Assembly (NCBI GenBank): GCA_964016885.1
Contig: OZ024760.1
Location: forward strand, 18,910,001 to 18,974,000
DNA: 64,000 nt
Direction: 5' to 3'
From: Eledone cirrhosa
Taxonomy: Eukaryota
Of the stretch, positions 15,853 to 32,340 are shown in pieces. Both the position numbers and the translations under genes were made by a program. Positions within the stretch are counted from its first letter, which is position 1; every line of letters begins with the position of its first letter. The notes beneath the pieces are model-generated. The model was not told the origin of the DNA, made no database searches, and was given only the letters and a program-made list of their open reading frames with translations.

Positions 15853-15984
15853 ATGTACACGCACACACACACAAACACACACACAGGTTCAATAGGTGAG
15901 CAAGAGAGAAAATTCATAACATGCATTAGAAGCATACATTAAAACTAAATCACACTAAAGAATTATATACAATGAAAAGTTATA

Positions 15985-16022
<38 letters not shown>

Positions 16023-16105
16023 GGAAGTGAGTTTTATTGTAGTACAATAAAGCAATGCAGATATCGGATAAGAAGCACTCTACAGTTGTAGGACTGGAGT
16101 ATACA

Positions 16106-17183
16106 TCTATATATATAAAACTGTGGTTGTCTGTCTGTCTATCGATTTTTGGCACACATCTCCTCTTAGAATCTCTCACGGAATTGCACCGAAATTGCTA
16201 GACTTGTACATTGAGCCCTAGCGAAGACATCGGAAAAAAATATTTCAAATTGACCCACCCTTTGTGACGAAATCGAATATAATGTATCGATTTTTGAGCG
16301 TAAGTTATCAGTTATTTCCCTTTGTTCTGTTTACATTGAGCGTCTTACGTAAAAAATTACGCTGGCTTTCTCAGCGTTTAAAATGACATTAACACAATAC
16401 ACGAACAGACAGTTGTCGAGCCAGCAAAATATTGACCTGCAAAATTCATCAGTTCGAACACTAAGCTTCCGTTTTGCTTCATTTCCATTTAAAAGCATTT
16501 TAAAACAATATTTTTACTTGAAAACAAGTCTATTTAAAGACTACGTAAAACAAGCAAATATTTCGTCGTTAGGCGTGCAGACAGACAGTCGTGCAGACAG
16601 ACAGTCGTGCAGACAGACAGTCGTGCAGAGAGGTGATATACGCGTGCAGACAGACAGTCGTGCAGAGAGGTGATATAGGCGTGCAGACAGACAGTCGTGC
16701 AGAGAGGTGATATAGGCGTGCAGACAGACAGTCGTGCAGAGAGGTGATATAGGCGTGCAGACAGACAGTCGTGCAGAGAGGTGATATAGGCGTGCAGACA
16801 GACAGTCGTGCAGAGAGGTGATATAGGCGTGCAGACAGACAGTCGTGCAGAGAGGTGATATAGGCGTGCAGACAGACATAACTGATAATTTGGTTACGCT
16901 AATGTTTTTCTCTGCGTTGCAGTGTTTACATTTTCGATCTTTGTTAATAAATAACCAGTGCAGTTTCTATCCCCAGCATCCTCTTTTGTTATAACATTCG
17001 GGTTATCGTTATGTTTTCTTAACTTCATAAGGCATATTGTTGGTTGAGGGAATATTAATCAAAAACACCACATGCAAGTCTGCACAGTAGACACTACAGT
17101 TTTTAAGCCAAAAAAGAAACTTAACATTGTAACTTTAACACAGCTACTGAGCGACCCCGAGCAACGCCGGGCTTTACTGCTAG
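16106..17183 (+). mobile_element. Non-autonomous Helitron with internal GCAGACAGACAGTCGT/GCAGAGAGGTGATATAGGC minisatellite
   Basis: 5' TC, 3' subterminal hairpin cccgagcaacgccggg, terminal CTAG, inserted at A|T with no TSD. The empty site is visible at about 48899-48935. Confidence 0.9.
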
Positions 17184-17222
17184 TAATATATAAGATCAAA
17201 AGATGGTTAAAAGAGTTCCATG

Positions 17223-17289
17223 TATTTTATTATGCGCATTTCAAAACCAAATATCATCATGCAATAACATTTGTGTTTTCATCAGATAA
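17223..17289 (-). ncRNA. Type I hammerhead (family H2)
   Basis: Inverted partner of 17350-17420. The 5' strand of stem I is shortened by the junction. Confidence 0.72.
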
Positions 17290-17349
17290 TATGTTGATTT
17301 AAAACTGCACTATCCACAAGTGTTTTTTAACCTTCATATCATGTCTTCC

Positions 17350-17420
17350 TATTTTATCTGATGAAAACACAAATGTTATTGCATGATGATATTTGTTTTT
17401 GAAATGCGCATAATAAAATA
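17350..17420 (+). ncRNA. Type I hammerhead (family H2) with palindromic stem III
   Basis: UAUUUUAU CUGAUGA [long stem II] GAAA UGCGCA UA^AUAAAAUA; 8-bp stem I. Confidence 0.85.
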
Positions 17421-17450
17421 CATGGAACTCTTTTAACCATCTTTTGATCT

Positions 17451-17489
<39 letters not shown>

Positions 17490-17724
17490 AGAGTATTGAA
17501 GTTTGCTTGAAGCATTGTGGAATAATAAGTAAATATCTAAAGTCGTTTGGAAGCCTTGACAATGCAAATGGGTAAATCTCCGGGTAACAAGATCCGGTGG
17601 TGGAGAGAGAGATGTAAGTGGGTGAACGATGAGATGCGTGGTGTGTATAAGACGTGTAGAGGAATGAAGGAAAGAGCATAAAGGATAAAAATAATGTTCT
17701 CTAATTTACCCTTGTGTTCTATCA

Positions 17725-18272
17725 CAAGGGTAAATTAGAGAACATAGAAATAAAAATAGAATCTACACACAGAAAAGACGCAATGTTTAGACAAATTACA
17801 GAGGCAATAAACATAAAAGAATTACAACCAAAATTAAATAGAAAATATGAGTGGAACAGCAACATCACAACTTACAATTAAGGACAAAATGAAAACACAC
17901 ACACACATAGAACAAACAACCAACCAGTAACATGTAAATAAACAAATAGATAAATGAACATAAACACACACAGACACCCGGATGTGGCGCATGCGCAGAC
18001 TGAGCACACAACACACACACACAGAAACAAAATGGCGTAGGACAGAACAAAGGAGAGGCACAGAAACAAAGAAAGGAATCCCCAGTCACTGAAGAGGTCA
18101 CAGAGTGTGTGACGAAAGAACTATGACTATATATAAACAACTATCTGGTTGTGGAACCAACCAACCAGAAATTTATAAATTTGTAAATTTATAAATATAT
18201 AATAAATTGAAGTGAAAGCAACTGGTGCGTGTGTTTCTTATTGGCAACATGACCCTCCCAAAGTATAACAAT
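17725..18272 (+). mobile_element. About 500 bp Penelope-like terminal cassette with hammerhead at 18084-18128 (family H3)
   Basis: AGUCA CUGAAGA G GUCACA GAGUG UGUGAC GAAA GAAC UA^UGACU. Ends in (TA)n. Head-to-head copies at 31165-31880. Confidence 0.78.
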
Positions 18273-18311
18273 ATATATATATGTATATATGTATATATAT
18301 ATGTGTATATG

Positions 18312-18344
<33 letters not shown>

Positions 18345-18969
18345 ATACACACAAACATATGTATACAATTTCATAGCCCATTGTAGTACTTTGTATTAAT
18401 GTGCTGTTTATATAAATTCGATATTTACAGATTCTTTCTAATACAAATATTGTTGAAATTTGAATATTACATTTCTCGGAATAAATCATTTAAAACTCTA
18501 GCAAACTAAACAATATTTTCGACAGTCGATGTTGTATACTCTGCAAAAATACCAGCAGCCGAGTAAATAATAAGTCTTTGGAATATAGTTTTAAAAGTAC
18601 AATAAACATACTGGACTATTTCTTTACAAACCATCACACAATACTGTCTACATAAATCTTTATTTTATTAAATGTAAATGAACTATATAACCTTTTAAAA
18701 CCAGTCTAAATCATTTTTGTACTTAACAACGTCGCAGCGATGTGATGAGATACTTTAAACGAAAGCAATTTATTGTATCATTTCATAGGATCATTAAGGT
18801 GTCAGCAAACGGCTCTGTTATTGGCATTTCAATTGTTATCAGAAGAATCAGCTATCATCTCAAACTGTCAGTCATTAATTTAAGTTAACTCTGAAAGTTA
18901 TCAGATAATTCGTTTTCCTTCTTGTTCTTCTTAAAAGATGGAATCTAATGATGGACAGACAATATATAT

Positions 18970-19180
18970 GTGAAGGCTGAGTTCTTAGAGAATTGGGTTC
19001 ACAATCTTGAGGTTGTGAGTTCGATTCCTGGACCGGGTGATGCGTTATGTCCTTGAGCAAGACACTTTATTTCACGTTGCTCCTTCTACCTGGAGTTGCG
19101 ACCGATAGATAGTATTAGCAATTGGAAAGACCAACGGAAACATTGTTTCCTCGGTCCGATTTGACGAAAGTCGATCGATC
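18970..19180 (+). mobile_element. tRNA-derived SINE family B with structured 3' tail ending in (TA)n
   Basis: B box gagttcgattcc, ccttgagcaagacac core and tail ...ggaaacattgtttcctcggtccgatttgacgaaagtcgatcg. Copies at 29925-30140(-), 42950-43165(-) and 56581-56790(-). Confidence 0.85.
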
Positions 19181-19293
19181 CTTTATATATATATATATGT
19201 ATGTATGTAAAAGGTAAACAGAAATAACAGCACAATTGGTACAGTATATGGAAGGGATATATTAGGTTAACGCTTGATATAGCAGGAAGAGGG

Positions 19294-19329
19294 TCTTAAC
19301 GTTTCGGACGCTAGTCCTTCATCAGAAGA
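19294..19329 (-). ncRNA. Minimal type I hammerhead
   Basis: UCUU CUGAUGA A GGAC UAGC GUCC GAAAC GUU^AAGA. Stem III is reduced to palindromic ACGU, as in Penelope-type minimal hammerheads. Confidence 0.8.
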
Positions 19330-19809
19330 AAGAATGAGAAATAAGATAGATTGAGGGGATGGGCGGGTTGGAATTGGAAAAAATGTCTTTAGATAAAAAT
19401 AACAGGTCCATTCATGTTGACATCTCTTGCAAAACTGTTGGTGGTGGCGTTTTGTGTATGATTTATTTTTTAGAAAAGTGGATGATGGATATATACATAC
19501 ATATATATATACATACACAAACACATACACGCATGCACATATTATAATATATATATATATTATAATATGTAAATGTTGGTCTGTTTAACTTAAGACACTT
19601 ATTCAAGACATATCGGCTTCAACATTTAATTTGTTTCCGCCTACAGAACTCGGAATTTGAAACCAGCCGAGCTCAACTATGTTTTCCACCATTTCGTTGT
19701 CCAGAATCAAATATCAATCTAGGACGCTCGTAAATTTGGTGGAATTATTAGAGGTAAGACTCGTGCCTTGTTTTATCAATTCCAGTTTTGTGGATTTCGT
19801 GTTCAAATT

Positions 19810-20050
19810 TACTTCTGCAAGGAGCTATAACCAGCAGATAATATTAGCAATGAAAAAAAAAAAAAACCTACGGACACATTATTTCCTTGGTCAAATCTGA
19901 TGATTAGCGCCTTTCTTTTCTTCTGCAAGGAGCTATGACCAACAGATAATATTAGCAATGGAAAAAAACTAACGGACACACTGTTTCCTTGGTCAAATCT
20001 GGTGATTAGATCCTTTCTTTTCATTTGCAAGGAGCTGTGACCAATGGAAA
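19810..20050. repeat. About 110 bp tandem repeat, about 2.3 copies
   Basis: Repeated ctgcaaggagctatgaccaacagataatattagcaatg...ggacac...ttccttggtcaaatctg. Confidence 0.75.
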
Positions 20051-20642
20051 AACATATTGACACATTGTTTGTGATGATTGGTTCCTTTCTGTCTAATTAC
20101 ATATTCACGATAACAATCTACAAATGACAATTGAAACTCAGATAAATGAAATACTTTTCAAATATTACAGAAGAAACCTGTCATAGTTTGATATCTTAAG
20201 TCATTGTATTTTTAGTCACATTATATATTTTGCTCATGTCAACTATCATTTCATGTAAAAGACACTATTTGGCTCCGAGCGTTCTGTCAACAAATTGATA
20301 TCATCACATTGATGTGATCAATTACTAGAACAATCGATACGACTTGACCATTTCAGAATTAAATAATCGAAGAGTTTTCTCAACGTTTTATTATATTTCA
20401 TAACATCCAACATTAAAATAGAGTGAATTGTTCTTGTTCGGAAGTGAATGACTAAGTATAGAGATGTAATAAGATCGGTAATATCACATACTAGAGAGGT
20501 TAGGGTGAGTCGGTCATATCGCCCAATTATTTTACTGTTATGCGCATGTTCCCAACACTCCCATCCAACATCTACGCCGAAGACCTCCGCTCCCTGCTAT
20601 CATCACCATACTCCAGACTGACAGTGCTTATATAAGAAACCA

Positions 20643-20689
<47 letters not shown>

Positions 20690-20799
20690 ATACACACACA
20701 AATATATATATATATAAATATACATTTGTGTGTGTTCATAGAAGTATGTATATACATGAATATCAACAAATATATATATATATATATATCTATCTAAGG

Positions 20800-20975
20800 C
20801 GGGCAAAACTCCCGAGATCCACGGACGAGCTCTCTCCAGCGGTCTCTGTCCCTCATTATCGCTGCCATGTCCTGCATCTCCAACAGACCAGTGTCTGTCC
20901 TTAGGGCATCAACATATGTTAACCTTGGTCTTCCTCTTCTAGTGTGTCCATGTAGGGGCTCCCAAAGGAGCCTGC
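20800..20975 (-). mobile_element. RTE-type LINE 3' end
   Basis: Translation [49 protein letters not shown], the typical RTE C-terminus. Confidence 0.8.
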
Positions 20976-20977
20976 GG

Positions 20978-22910
<1,933 letters not shown>

Positions 22911-23336
22911 CACATATACGTATTTATACAGACAGTATTACATACTGCTACTTCCAAATTCATCGTATCTTAACGGTACATGAAATAAATTGAATGAAAC
23001 GAAACAGCAGATATCTCTATTTTCCCCCTGTGTATATCTTCTATTAGATCCACCAATCGGTGAACGGGGTAACGCAAGAGATATCCTTTTTTTAATATCA
23101 CGAGAAAATGGCGATCATGTAATGTATTATCATGGTTTCGTTAGTGTTTTTCTAAGTGTTGTTCTCTACAAATAAATATTTGAATGCGGAAGCTTTAGAT
23201 GTAACAGCAAACGACACTGACATTTATTAGAAATGTTGGAAAGTTTGCAAATCACTGGTTTATGAGATTTCCCTTGTACATAAGTTTATATAAATATATA
23301 TTATGTTACTGTTTTCACAAGCTATACACATATGTT

Positions 23337-23375
<39 letters not shown>

Positions 23376-23498
23376 AATAGACATATATATATGTATATAT
23401 TAATGTTGTCACGAGCTATATATACACATATGTATGTATATATATAATAAATGCATGTAAATAAATAAATATATATATGTATGTATTGTTGTCACAAG

Positions 23499-23566
<68 letters not shown>

Positions 23567-23693
23567 AAATAAATAAGTCAAATATTTAAAATTTGGCTTC
23601 GTTTATTACAGCTATATATATTTCGGTGACAGCCATCTTTGGTTGTGACCTCTTCTTACTGAAGTGTCGGTAAACAACCAACATATACTCATA

Positions 23694-23730
<37 letters not shown>

Positions 23731-23741
23731 GTTATGTAATA

Positions 23742-23809
<68 letters not shown>

Positions 23810-24100
23810 TCATGCATGTATATATATAATAAATACATATAAATAAATATATATATATGTATGTATATATTAATGTTGTCACAAGCTATATATTTATATA
23901 TATATATACACACATGCATGTATATATATATAATAAATACATATAAATAAATAAATATATATATATGTATGTATATATTAATGTTGTCACAAGCTATATA
24001 TCTCTATATATATATACACACACATGCATGTATATATATAATAAATACATATAAATAAATAAATATATATATATATGTATATATTAATGTTGTCACAAGC

Positions 24101-24133
<33 letters not shown>

Positions 24134-24879
24134 GCATGTATATATATATATAATAAATACATATAAATAAATAAATATATATATATATATGTATGTATAT
24201 ATTAATGTTGTCACAAGCTATATATCTATATATATATATATACACACATGCATGTATATATATAATAAATACATATAAATAAATAAATATATATATATAT
24301 ATGTATGTATATATTAATGTTGTCACAAGCTATATATCTATATATATATATATACACACATGCATGTATATATATAATAAATACATATAAATAAATAAAT
24401 ATATATATATGTATGTATATATTAATGTTGTCACAAGCTATATATTTATATATATATATACACACATGCATGTATATATATATAATAAATACATATAAAT
24501 AAATAAATATATATATATGTATGTATATATTAATGTTGTCACAAGCTATATATCTATATATATATATATACACACATGCATGTATATATATAATAAATAC
24601 ATATAATTAAATAAATATATATATATATGTATGTATATATTAATGTTGTCACAAGCTATATATCTATATATATATATATATACACACATGCATGTATATA
24701 TATATAATAAATACATATAAATAAATAAATATATATATATATATGTATGTATATATTAATGTTGTCACAAGCTATATATCTATATATATATATACACACA
24801 TGCATGTATATATATAATAAATACATATAAATAAATAAATATATATATATATGTATGTATATATTAATGTTGTCACAAG

Positions 24880-24917
<38 letters not shown>

Positions 24918-25000
24918 GCATGTATATATATAATAAATACATATAAATAAATAAATATATATATGTATATATTAATGTTGTCACAAGCTATATATATATT
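23810..25000. repeat. About 115 bp minisatellite, about 10 copies
   Basis: Unit tattaatgttgtcacaagctata...cacacatgcatgtata...ataaatacatataaataaataaat. Confidence 0.9.
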
Positions 25001-25333
25001 GCTTGCAACAACATTAATATATAAGTAAGTTAACACATAACTTTTTACACATAATATATTATGTATATTTGAATATTTGTCGATCTACCTCGTGAACAGC
25101 TGCAATATCATGTCCTGGCAATTTCAATCTACGAGATATGAAGTTGGAGGTATTCTTTTTTTAAAAGCATCGCCCACTGAGTTTCATTTTTCTTATATCA
25201 CATTGATATCACATTGATATCACATTGATATCACATTGATTCTACATTGCCCGTTATGACTATTATATATGGGTATATATATCTATCTATGTATATGTAT
25301 ATATATATCTATCTATGTATATATATATATATG

Positions 25334-25376
<43 letters not shown>

Positions 25377-25495
25377 ACATAGGTATATATATATATGTAT
25401 ATACATGTAGGTATATATATATATGTATATACATGTAGGTATATATATATATGTATATACATGTAGGTATATATATATATGTATATATATGTAGG

Positions 25496-25528
<33 letters not shown>

Positions 25529-25695
25529 GTAGGTATATATATATATATGTATATACATGTAGGTATATATATGTATATACATGTAGGTATATATATCGGT
25601 ATATATGTATATATATATATATATGGGTATATGAATATATATATATATATATAGGTGTATGTATATATATATTTATATATATATATATATATAGG

Positions 25696-25740
<45 letters not shown>

Positions 25741-25799
25741 ATAATAATAAATTTGAAGACTAAAATCCAGCAATTCTTTGCTTAAACTTTAATCTGTTA

Positions 25800-25859
<60 letters not shown>

Positions 25860-26289
25860 CAATAACATTATCTATTAGATAAGAAATGCTGCTTTCTTTC
25901 CCTCATGTTTCACTGGTTTTCGCCTATAAAAGTTACGATATTTTAACGAAATATCAATGGCTGACAACACGTCTTCCCAAACTTTCATTTGCTTTTTATA
26001 TCGCAACTCTACTTCTGTAACCAAGAAAAATTAGATTAATATTCGTTGGTGTATGGCCATAAATACGACTGGAGAAGGTCTGTTTGCCGTTCTATACTGC
26101 TATTATCGTTAATATACATGTTATCGTCTCAGGTAGCATTTACAGCGGAAGAAGCATCGTTGTTCTCAGAGCAATGAAAGTCTTTATTATGGTTGGGAAA
26201 GTTTGAAGATATATAGAAATATATTTTTAAAATTCAGGAAACAGTGTTTTGTTTCTCAGTTACACTCAGGTCTCAAATAATGGTTCCTC

Positions 26290-26635
26290 CATTATTTTTG
26301 CACCCCTCCTCTTATTCCAACCACCCACTTATTAAACTTTAGATCTTTCACCCCCAGTCTTTTTCCAACAACCCCTCTTATTTAATTTGCAGATTTTCCA
26401 CCCCTGATATTATTCCATCCACCCAGCTCATTAAATTTTCAGATATTCCACCCCTTGCTCTTTTTCCATCCACCCTGCTATTTAAATTTTCAGATTTTCC
26501 TCCCCCAATCTTTTTCCAGCCATCCCTCTTATTAAATTTTCAGATATTCCACCCCCGCTATTATTCCAACCACCCACTTATTATTTTTTCAAAATTTTTC
26601 ACCCTTACTCTTTTTCCAGCCACCCAACTTAAAAG
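26290..26635. repeat. About 49 bp degenerate tandem repeat (ttccanccaccc..ttattaaattttcagat)
   Basis: About 7 diverged units. Resembles DNA-transposon subterminal repeats (inference). Confidence 0.65.
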
Positions 26636-26913
26636 ATTTTCTTTAATATTTCATTTTTGGAGTTCTCTTCACAAAGACATTTCTACTTCTGTTCCATCAC
26701 GTGATATGTTATTGTGGTCGATTGTCTTCGACTGTAGCTCCTGGTCAACAATTCCTTCTGAGTTGAAAGTTGGTAGTTGAAAACCATCGTTAAATAAGAC
26801 AGTCACTCGCACACAGACGCTGATACACATATAGATAGATAGAGAGAGAGAGAGAGACATACACACACAGCTACATACACACACACATACATGTATATAT
26901 ATGTATGCATATG

Positions 26914-26969
<56 letters not shown>

Positions 26970-27424
26970 ATAATAATAAACGTGAAGACTAAAATCCGTT
27001 AGAGGGCTCGATAAGGATTATATATATATAAATATATATAAAATCCGTAGAGGAAATATTTACTAAAATAATAGATTAAAGTGTAAGCAAAGAAAGAATC
27101 GCTGCTTTCACCCTTAACGGGTGCTTAAACTTTAATCTGTTATTTTAATATATATATATATATATACATACTATAAAGTATGCCCATAGAATCATTTGAT
27201 AATATATATACACCATTTCCTCTAGCATAATTAACCACACAAAAAATCAATTAGACCAGGCTATAAGATTAAAAGGCACCTATGAAGAAATAGTAGATAA
27301 ATAAACGACACCAATCTCTTCGCGGCCAACCGCCATAGAATATTTACCCAACATTTCAACAGCAAGTATTTTGTTGATTTTGATGGCTACAGCTATGTAA
27401 ATAGTACATTGTGTGTAAGTGTGT

Positions 27425-27492
<68 letters not shown>

Positions 27493-28066
27493 TACTATTT
27501 ACATAGCTGTAACCATCAAATTCAAACAAAACACTGTTTTCAACAAAATACTTCAAGCAAACTCCATCACTTCCGACATATTTAAATATTTGACTGTATT
27601 ACATTCTTTTCCAGTTCTCCATTGCATTATCTGATGTTTGATGTGTCGTCTGCTACTGGAGGTCGAGTCCACCATGTTTTTTTTAAATATTTCTTTGCAG
27701 AGTTACCTATCCTGGCCAGCTGCTGGCCAATGTAGATATACATAGCTAGTACCATCTGACATGGTTAGCTGCTGGTCAAGACAGACTATTAGATGTTGGT
27801 CTCGCCTTCCTTTTATTATCTCTGGATTGGCCGTATCGGTAAAGAGTCGGACGCCATGTTTTCCAGCATAGTTACGTCCCTTTACGGACTGAGTTCAAAT
27901 TCCGCCGAGGTTAACTTAACCTTCCATCCTTACGGGGTCGATAAAATAAAGTACCAGTAATGTACTGAGTAATTTCTGGCCTAGTGCCAAAAGTAGAAAC
28001 AATTATTTCTTCATTATTCCGGATTCACAAAGGTAGAACGAAATCTATTCTTTTATCATCGCCGTC

Positions 28067-28385
28067 TTGGTTCAGCTCAGTGCAAGACAGATCTTCAATG
28101 CAAAGAAGACCGAAATCATGCACTACAATCAGATTGATCCTGCTCCAGTTCTTACTAAGAACGGTACAACAATCAAAACAGTTGAGAACTTTAAGAATCT
28201 TGGTGCATGGATGCACAGCTCACGCAAGGACTTTGAAGTTAGAAAATCACTAGCATAGTTGGCATGCCACAAGCTACTGAAAGTGTGGAAGTCCGACCTA
28301 AACCGCAAAATCAAGGAGCGCCTATTCATAGCAACTGTTGAATCCGTCCTGCTCAACGGCAGTGAAACGTAGACTATTGACAAAG
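28067..28385 (+). pseudogene. RTE/RTEX LINE RT C-terminal fragment with stops
   Basis: FNAKKTEIM..VENFKNLGAWMHSSRKDFEVRKSLA*LACHKLLKVWKS..KERLFIATVESVLLNGSET*. Confidence 0.85.
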
Positions 28386-29429
28386 TGCTATGCTTCCGCT
28401 GAAAATTATAGAAGCTGGATTCTTATAGAATTCCAGTAATAATCAGGAGCTGATTATAAAGAGCGATTGCCGGTCCAGCAAAAATTAGGTATTAGGATTG
28501 GTGCTCTGAAATAGCGATGTCTACATGAATGTATGTATAGTATATTTGGCAATATACCGTATGTTTAATTAAAAGGATTTAGAAGACCATACGCTATCAG
28601 TTTTAAAATAGTGACTATGTCACTTACTTCTTTTCGGCGAAAACATGTGTAATATATCGCTAAATATATTTACATTTGTCAAATATCATACAGACAGATT
28701 TAAACTGCTCTTATTGTTGAAGCCTGCAATATAAACGATAAGTCTTCGATTTGGCTAACTTTAGAATTATCATTTCTATTGATATAGATGATTAATTTCC
28801 ATCGTTCATGTTTGACATACTTAGTTACTCATTAACGTATATTTCTAGATAAATAACCTCCTTGGCAGCGACGTCTTATACGGCCAATAGGAACGTACTT
28901 ATGAATTATCACACCATGATAGCTTCTCCATAGTAAATCATTAATAACCACGTTATGTCCCTTATCTATTCTCTAAACTCGTTAAACTGAAAGCTTGTGG
29001 CTTAGTGGATACGATGTTTGGTTAACGATCGTAAGGTCGTGATTTCGATCCCTGTTGGAGCGTTGAGTCTTTGAGCATGACATTTTATTTCACGATGTTC
29101 AAGTGCAATCAGGTATGTTATACACGGTGTCACACTAAGTCTTGCTGAGAACTAAATTGATGGTCCTCGTGTCTGTAGAATACTTAGCCACCTGTGTATT
29201 AATTTCACAAGCTGGCTGTTTGATTGTTTAAACAACTAGTATATACTCGTTGTCGGATCCGACGGAGATAGTCCCAACCCACAACCCACAAACCACAAGC
29301 TCTTTAAATTCTTTCGTTTGAATGATGTTCATGTAGATTTTTATCGATATGAAGCTGTGCAAATATTACATATAAGCTAAAACTGAGAAACGCCGCCAAC
29401 ATCGATTAGCTAGGTTTCATTAATCATAA

Positions 29430-29680
29430 GCAGAAACCCCAAAGATATCTTGAAAAAATGAGTTCGTGACATTAAAATATACAAACAACATCGTCCTGTT
29501 GGAGAATGAATTTGTAAGCAGCCAAAAACAAGTCGATGCAGTGGCCTTTACAACTGAAAAAAACGTTTGTTGATGAATATAGACAAAGCGGAAACTATGG
29601 TGAAAAAGTATCGTTAATATAACATTACATAGATCAGTGTTTGAGATGGTTGAGAATTTTATAGTATCTTGGCTCTTGAA
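29430..29680 (+). pseudogene. Highly decayed RTE-type RT fragment
   Basis: LKYTNNIVLLEN (decayed LxYADDIxLL), MNIDKAETM, and VENF../YLGS. Confidence 0.55.
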
Positions 29681-30140
29681 AGATTTCAAATATAAAAGGT
29701 AAAAAACGCAGCCAATTCTTTATTGAAAGGGAGGCAGGCGCACACACGCACACACATGTGTATCACAAACATACACATGTATCCCGCTAATGATAATTCT
29801 TTTAATTGGCGGGGCTGCAAGAGAAATAGTGATATGGAGTTCTGTTACTGAGTCCGCCGCCTCTCCTTCCACCACACCCTGATGAGATGAAGCCATATAT
29901 ATATATATATATATATATATAGGAACGATCGACTTTCGTCAAATCGGACCGAGGAAACAATGTTTCCGTTGGTCTTTCCAATTGCTAATACTATCTATCG
30001 GTCGCAACTCCAGGTAGAAGGAGCAACGTGAAATAAAGTGTCTTGCTCAAGGACATAACGCATCGCCTGGTCCAGGAATCGAACTCACAACCTTACGATT
30101 GCGAATCCAATTCTCTAACCACTCAGCCACACGCCTTCAC

Positions 30141-30184
<44 letters not shown>

Positions 30185-30214
30185 GATATGTCACTATCTT
30201 TACACCAATTATTG

Positions 30215-30275
30215 TATTTTATCTGACGAAAGCGTACTGAAATATTAGTACCCTTGAAATATGTATAATAAAATA
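30215..30275 (+). ncRNA. Type I hammerhead (H1-related, core CUGACGA)
   Basis: UAUUUUAU CUGACGA AAGCGUACUGA AAUA UUAGUACCCUU GAAA UAUGUA UA^AUAAAAUA. A tandem C3U variant follows at about 30517-30576. Confidence 0.82.
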
Positions 30276-31069
30276 AATATGGTTTTATAAAGATATTTTC
30301 CATTTATTAATATTATTGATGTTAAGGATACTCCAGATAAATAGCGTTGAGTGCTTCTAATCTGTTGTAAAATTAACTTTGTTGAATAATTAAAAAACAA
30401 AATAACTCATTGTTTATATATATATATGAATAATTGTTTATAAATAATGAATTATACGCTTTGTTGATAAGTATTCATCAGAGTTCTGTTGGGTATGTCA
30501 CTATCTTCAAACATTGTATTTTATTTGATGAAAGCATACTATAATTTAGTATTCATGAAATATGTATAATACAATAAATATGATGCTATAGTGATATTTT
30601 CCATTTATTACTATTGTTAACACACACACACGCACACGCACACGCACACACACACATATATAGAGGCATATATATAGAGACATATATATATAGAGAGACA
30701 TATATATATAGAGAGACATATATATATATAGAGACATATATATATATATAGAGAGAGATATATATATATAGAGACATATATATATATATAGAGACATATA
30801 TATATATATAGAGACATATATATATATATAGAGAGACATATATATATATATATAGAGAGACATATATATATATATATAGAGAGACATATATATATATATA
30901 GAGAGACATATATATATATATAGAGAGACATATATATATATAGAGAGAGACATATATATATAGAGAGAGAGACATATATATATATAGAGAGAGACATATA
31001 TATATATATAGAGACATATATATATATATAGAGACATATATATATATATAGAGATATATATATAGAGAC

Positions 31070-31100
<31 letters not shown>

Positions 31101-31164
31101 TATATATATATATAGAGAGATATATATATATATATAGAGATATATATATATAAATAAATAAATA

Positions 31165-31880
31165 TATTGTTATACTTTGGGAGGGTCATGTTGCCAATAA
31201 GAAACACACGCACCAGTTGCTTTCATTTCAATTTATTATAATAAATTTATAAATTTCTGGTTGGTTGGTTGGTTCCACAACCAGATAGTTGTTTATATAT
31301 AGTCATAGTTCTTTCGTCACACACTCTGTGACCTCTTCAGTGACTGGGGATTCCTTTCTTTGTTTCTGTGCCTCTCCTTTGTTCTGTCCTACGCCATTTT
31401 GTTTCTGTGTGTGTGTGGTGTGCGCTCAGTCTGCGCATGCCCCACATCCGGGTGTCTGTGTGTTTATGTTCATTTATTTATTTGTTTATTTACATATTAC
31501 TGGTTGGTTGTTTGTTCTATGTGTGTGTGTGTGTTTTCATTTTGTCCTTAATTGTAAGTTGTGATGTTGCTGTTCCACTCATATTTTCTATTTAATTTTG
31601 GTTGTAATTCACACACAGAAACAAAATGGCGTAGGACAGAACAAAGGAGAGGCACAGAAACAAAGAAAGGAATCCCCAGTCATTGAAGAGGTCACAGAGT
31701 GTGTGACGAAAGAACTATGACTATATATAAACAACTATCTGGTTGTGGAACCAACCAACCAACCAACCAGAAATTTATAAATCTATAAATTTATTATAAA
31801 TTTATTATAATAAATTGAAGTGAAAGCATCTGGTGCGTGTGTTTCTTATTGGCAACATGACCCTCCCAAAGTATAACAAT
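31165..31880. mobile_element. Head-to-head pair of H3 cassettes with hammerheads at 31301-31345(-) and 31678-31722(+, C3U)
   Basis: Both arms match 17725-18272 and both 3' ends face outward into AT-rich/(TA)n flanks. Confidence 0.82.
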
Positions 31881-31987
31881 ATCGGTTTCAACAGAAACGA
31901 AATAAATAAATATATATAAATATATATATAAATATATAAAAATATATATATATATAAATAAATATATACAAATATATATAGAGAGAG

Positions 31988-32018
<31 letters not shown>

Positions 32019-32026
32019 ATATATAT

Positions 32027-32081
<55 letters not shown>

Positions 32082-32082
32082 G

Positions 32083-32118
<36 letters not shown>

Positions 32119-32340
32119 GTACTTTACACATAATCTCATACAAACTTCCCATTAATTAAAATTAAAGAAAATATCATGGAGAAATTTTACAAAAGTGACA
32201 GGATTAATAAATTCCAGCGACAAATTGATAATAAATTCTAAGTTTATATTAACGTTGACATCGAAATATAACAATGAAGGATGTTAAAAGTCTGTGGAAA
32301 AATTAATGAGTTCTTTATTTTGTTTAATATTTAGTGTATA

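Noticed and set aside
16570-16880. Regular repeat array resembling CRISPR
   Set aside because: No unique spacers; it is an internal minisatellite of the Helitron, in eukaryotic DNA.
18970-19045. tRNA gene
   Set aside because: A/B boxes are present but continue into a SINE body; no proper cloverleaf acceptor stem.
23810-25000. Repeat-spacer-like periodicity
   Set aside because: The apparent spacers are the same sequence with variable TA counts; a simple minisatellite.
29875-29895. CTGATGA motif
   Set aside because: No stem II or GAAA follows. Likewise the CTGATGA inside the Helitron (33050) and at 30470-30485(-).
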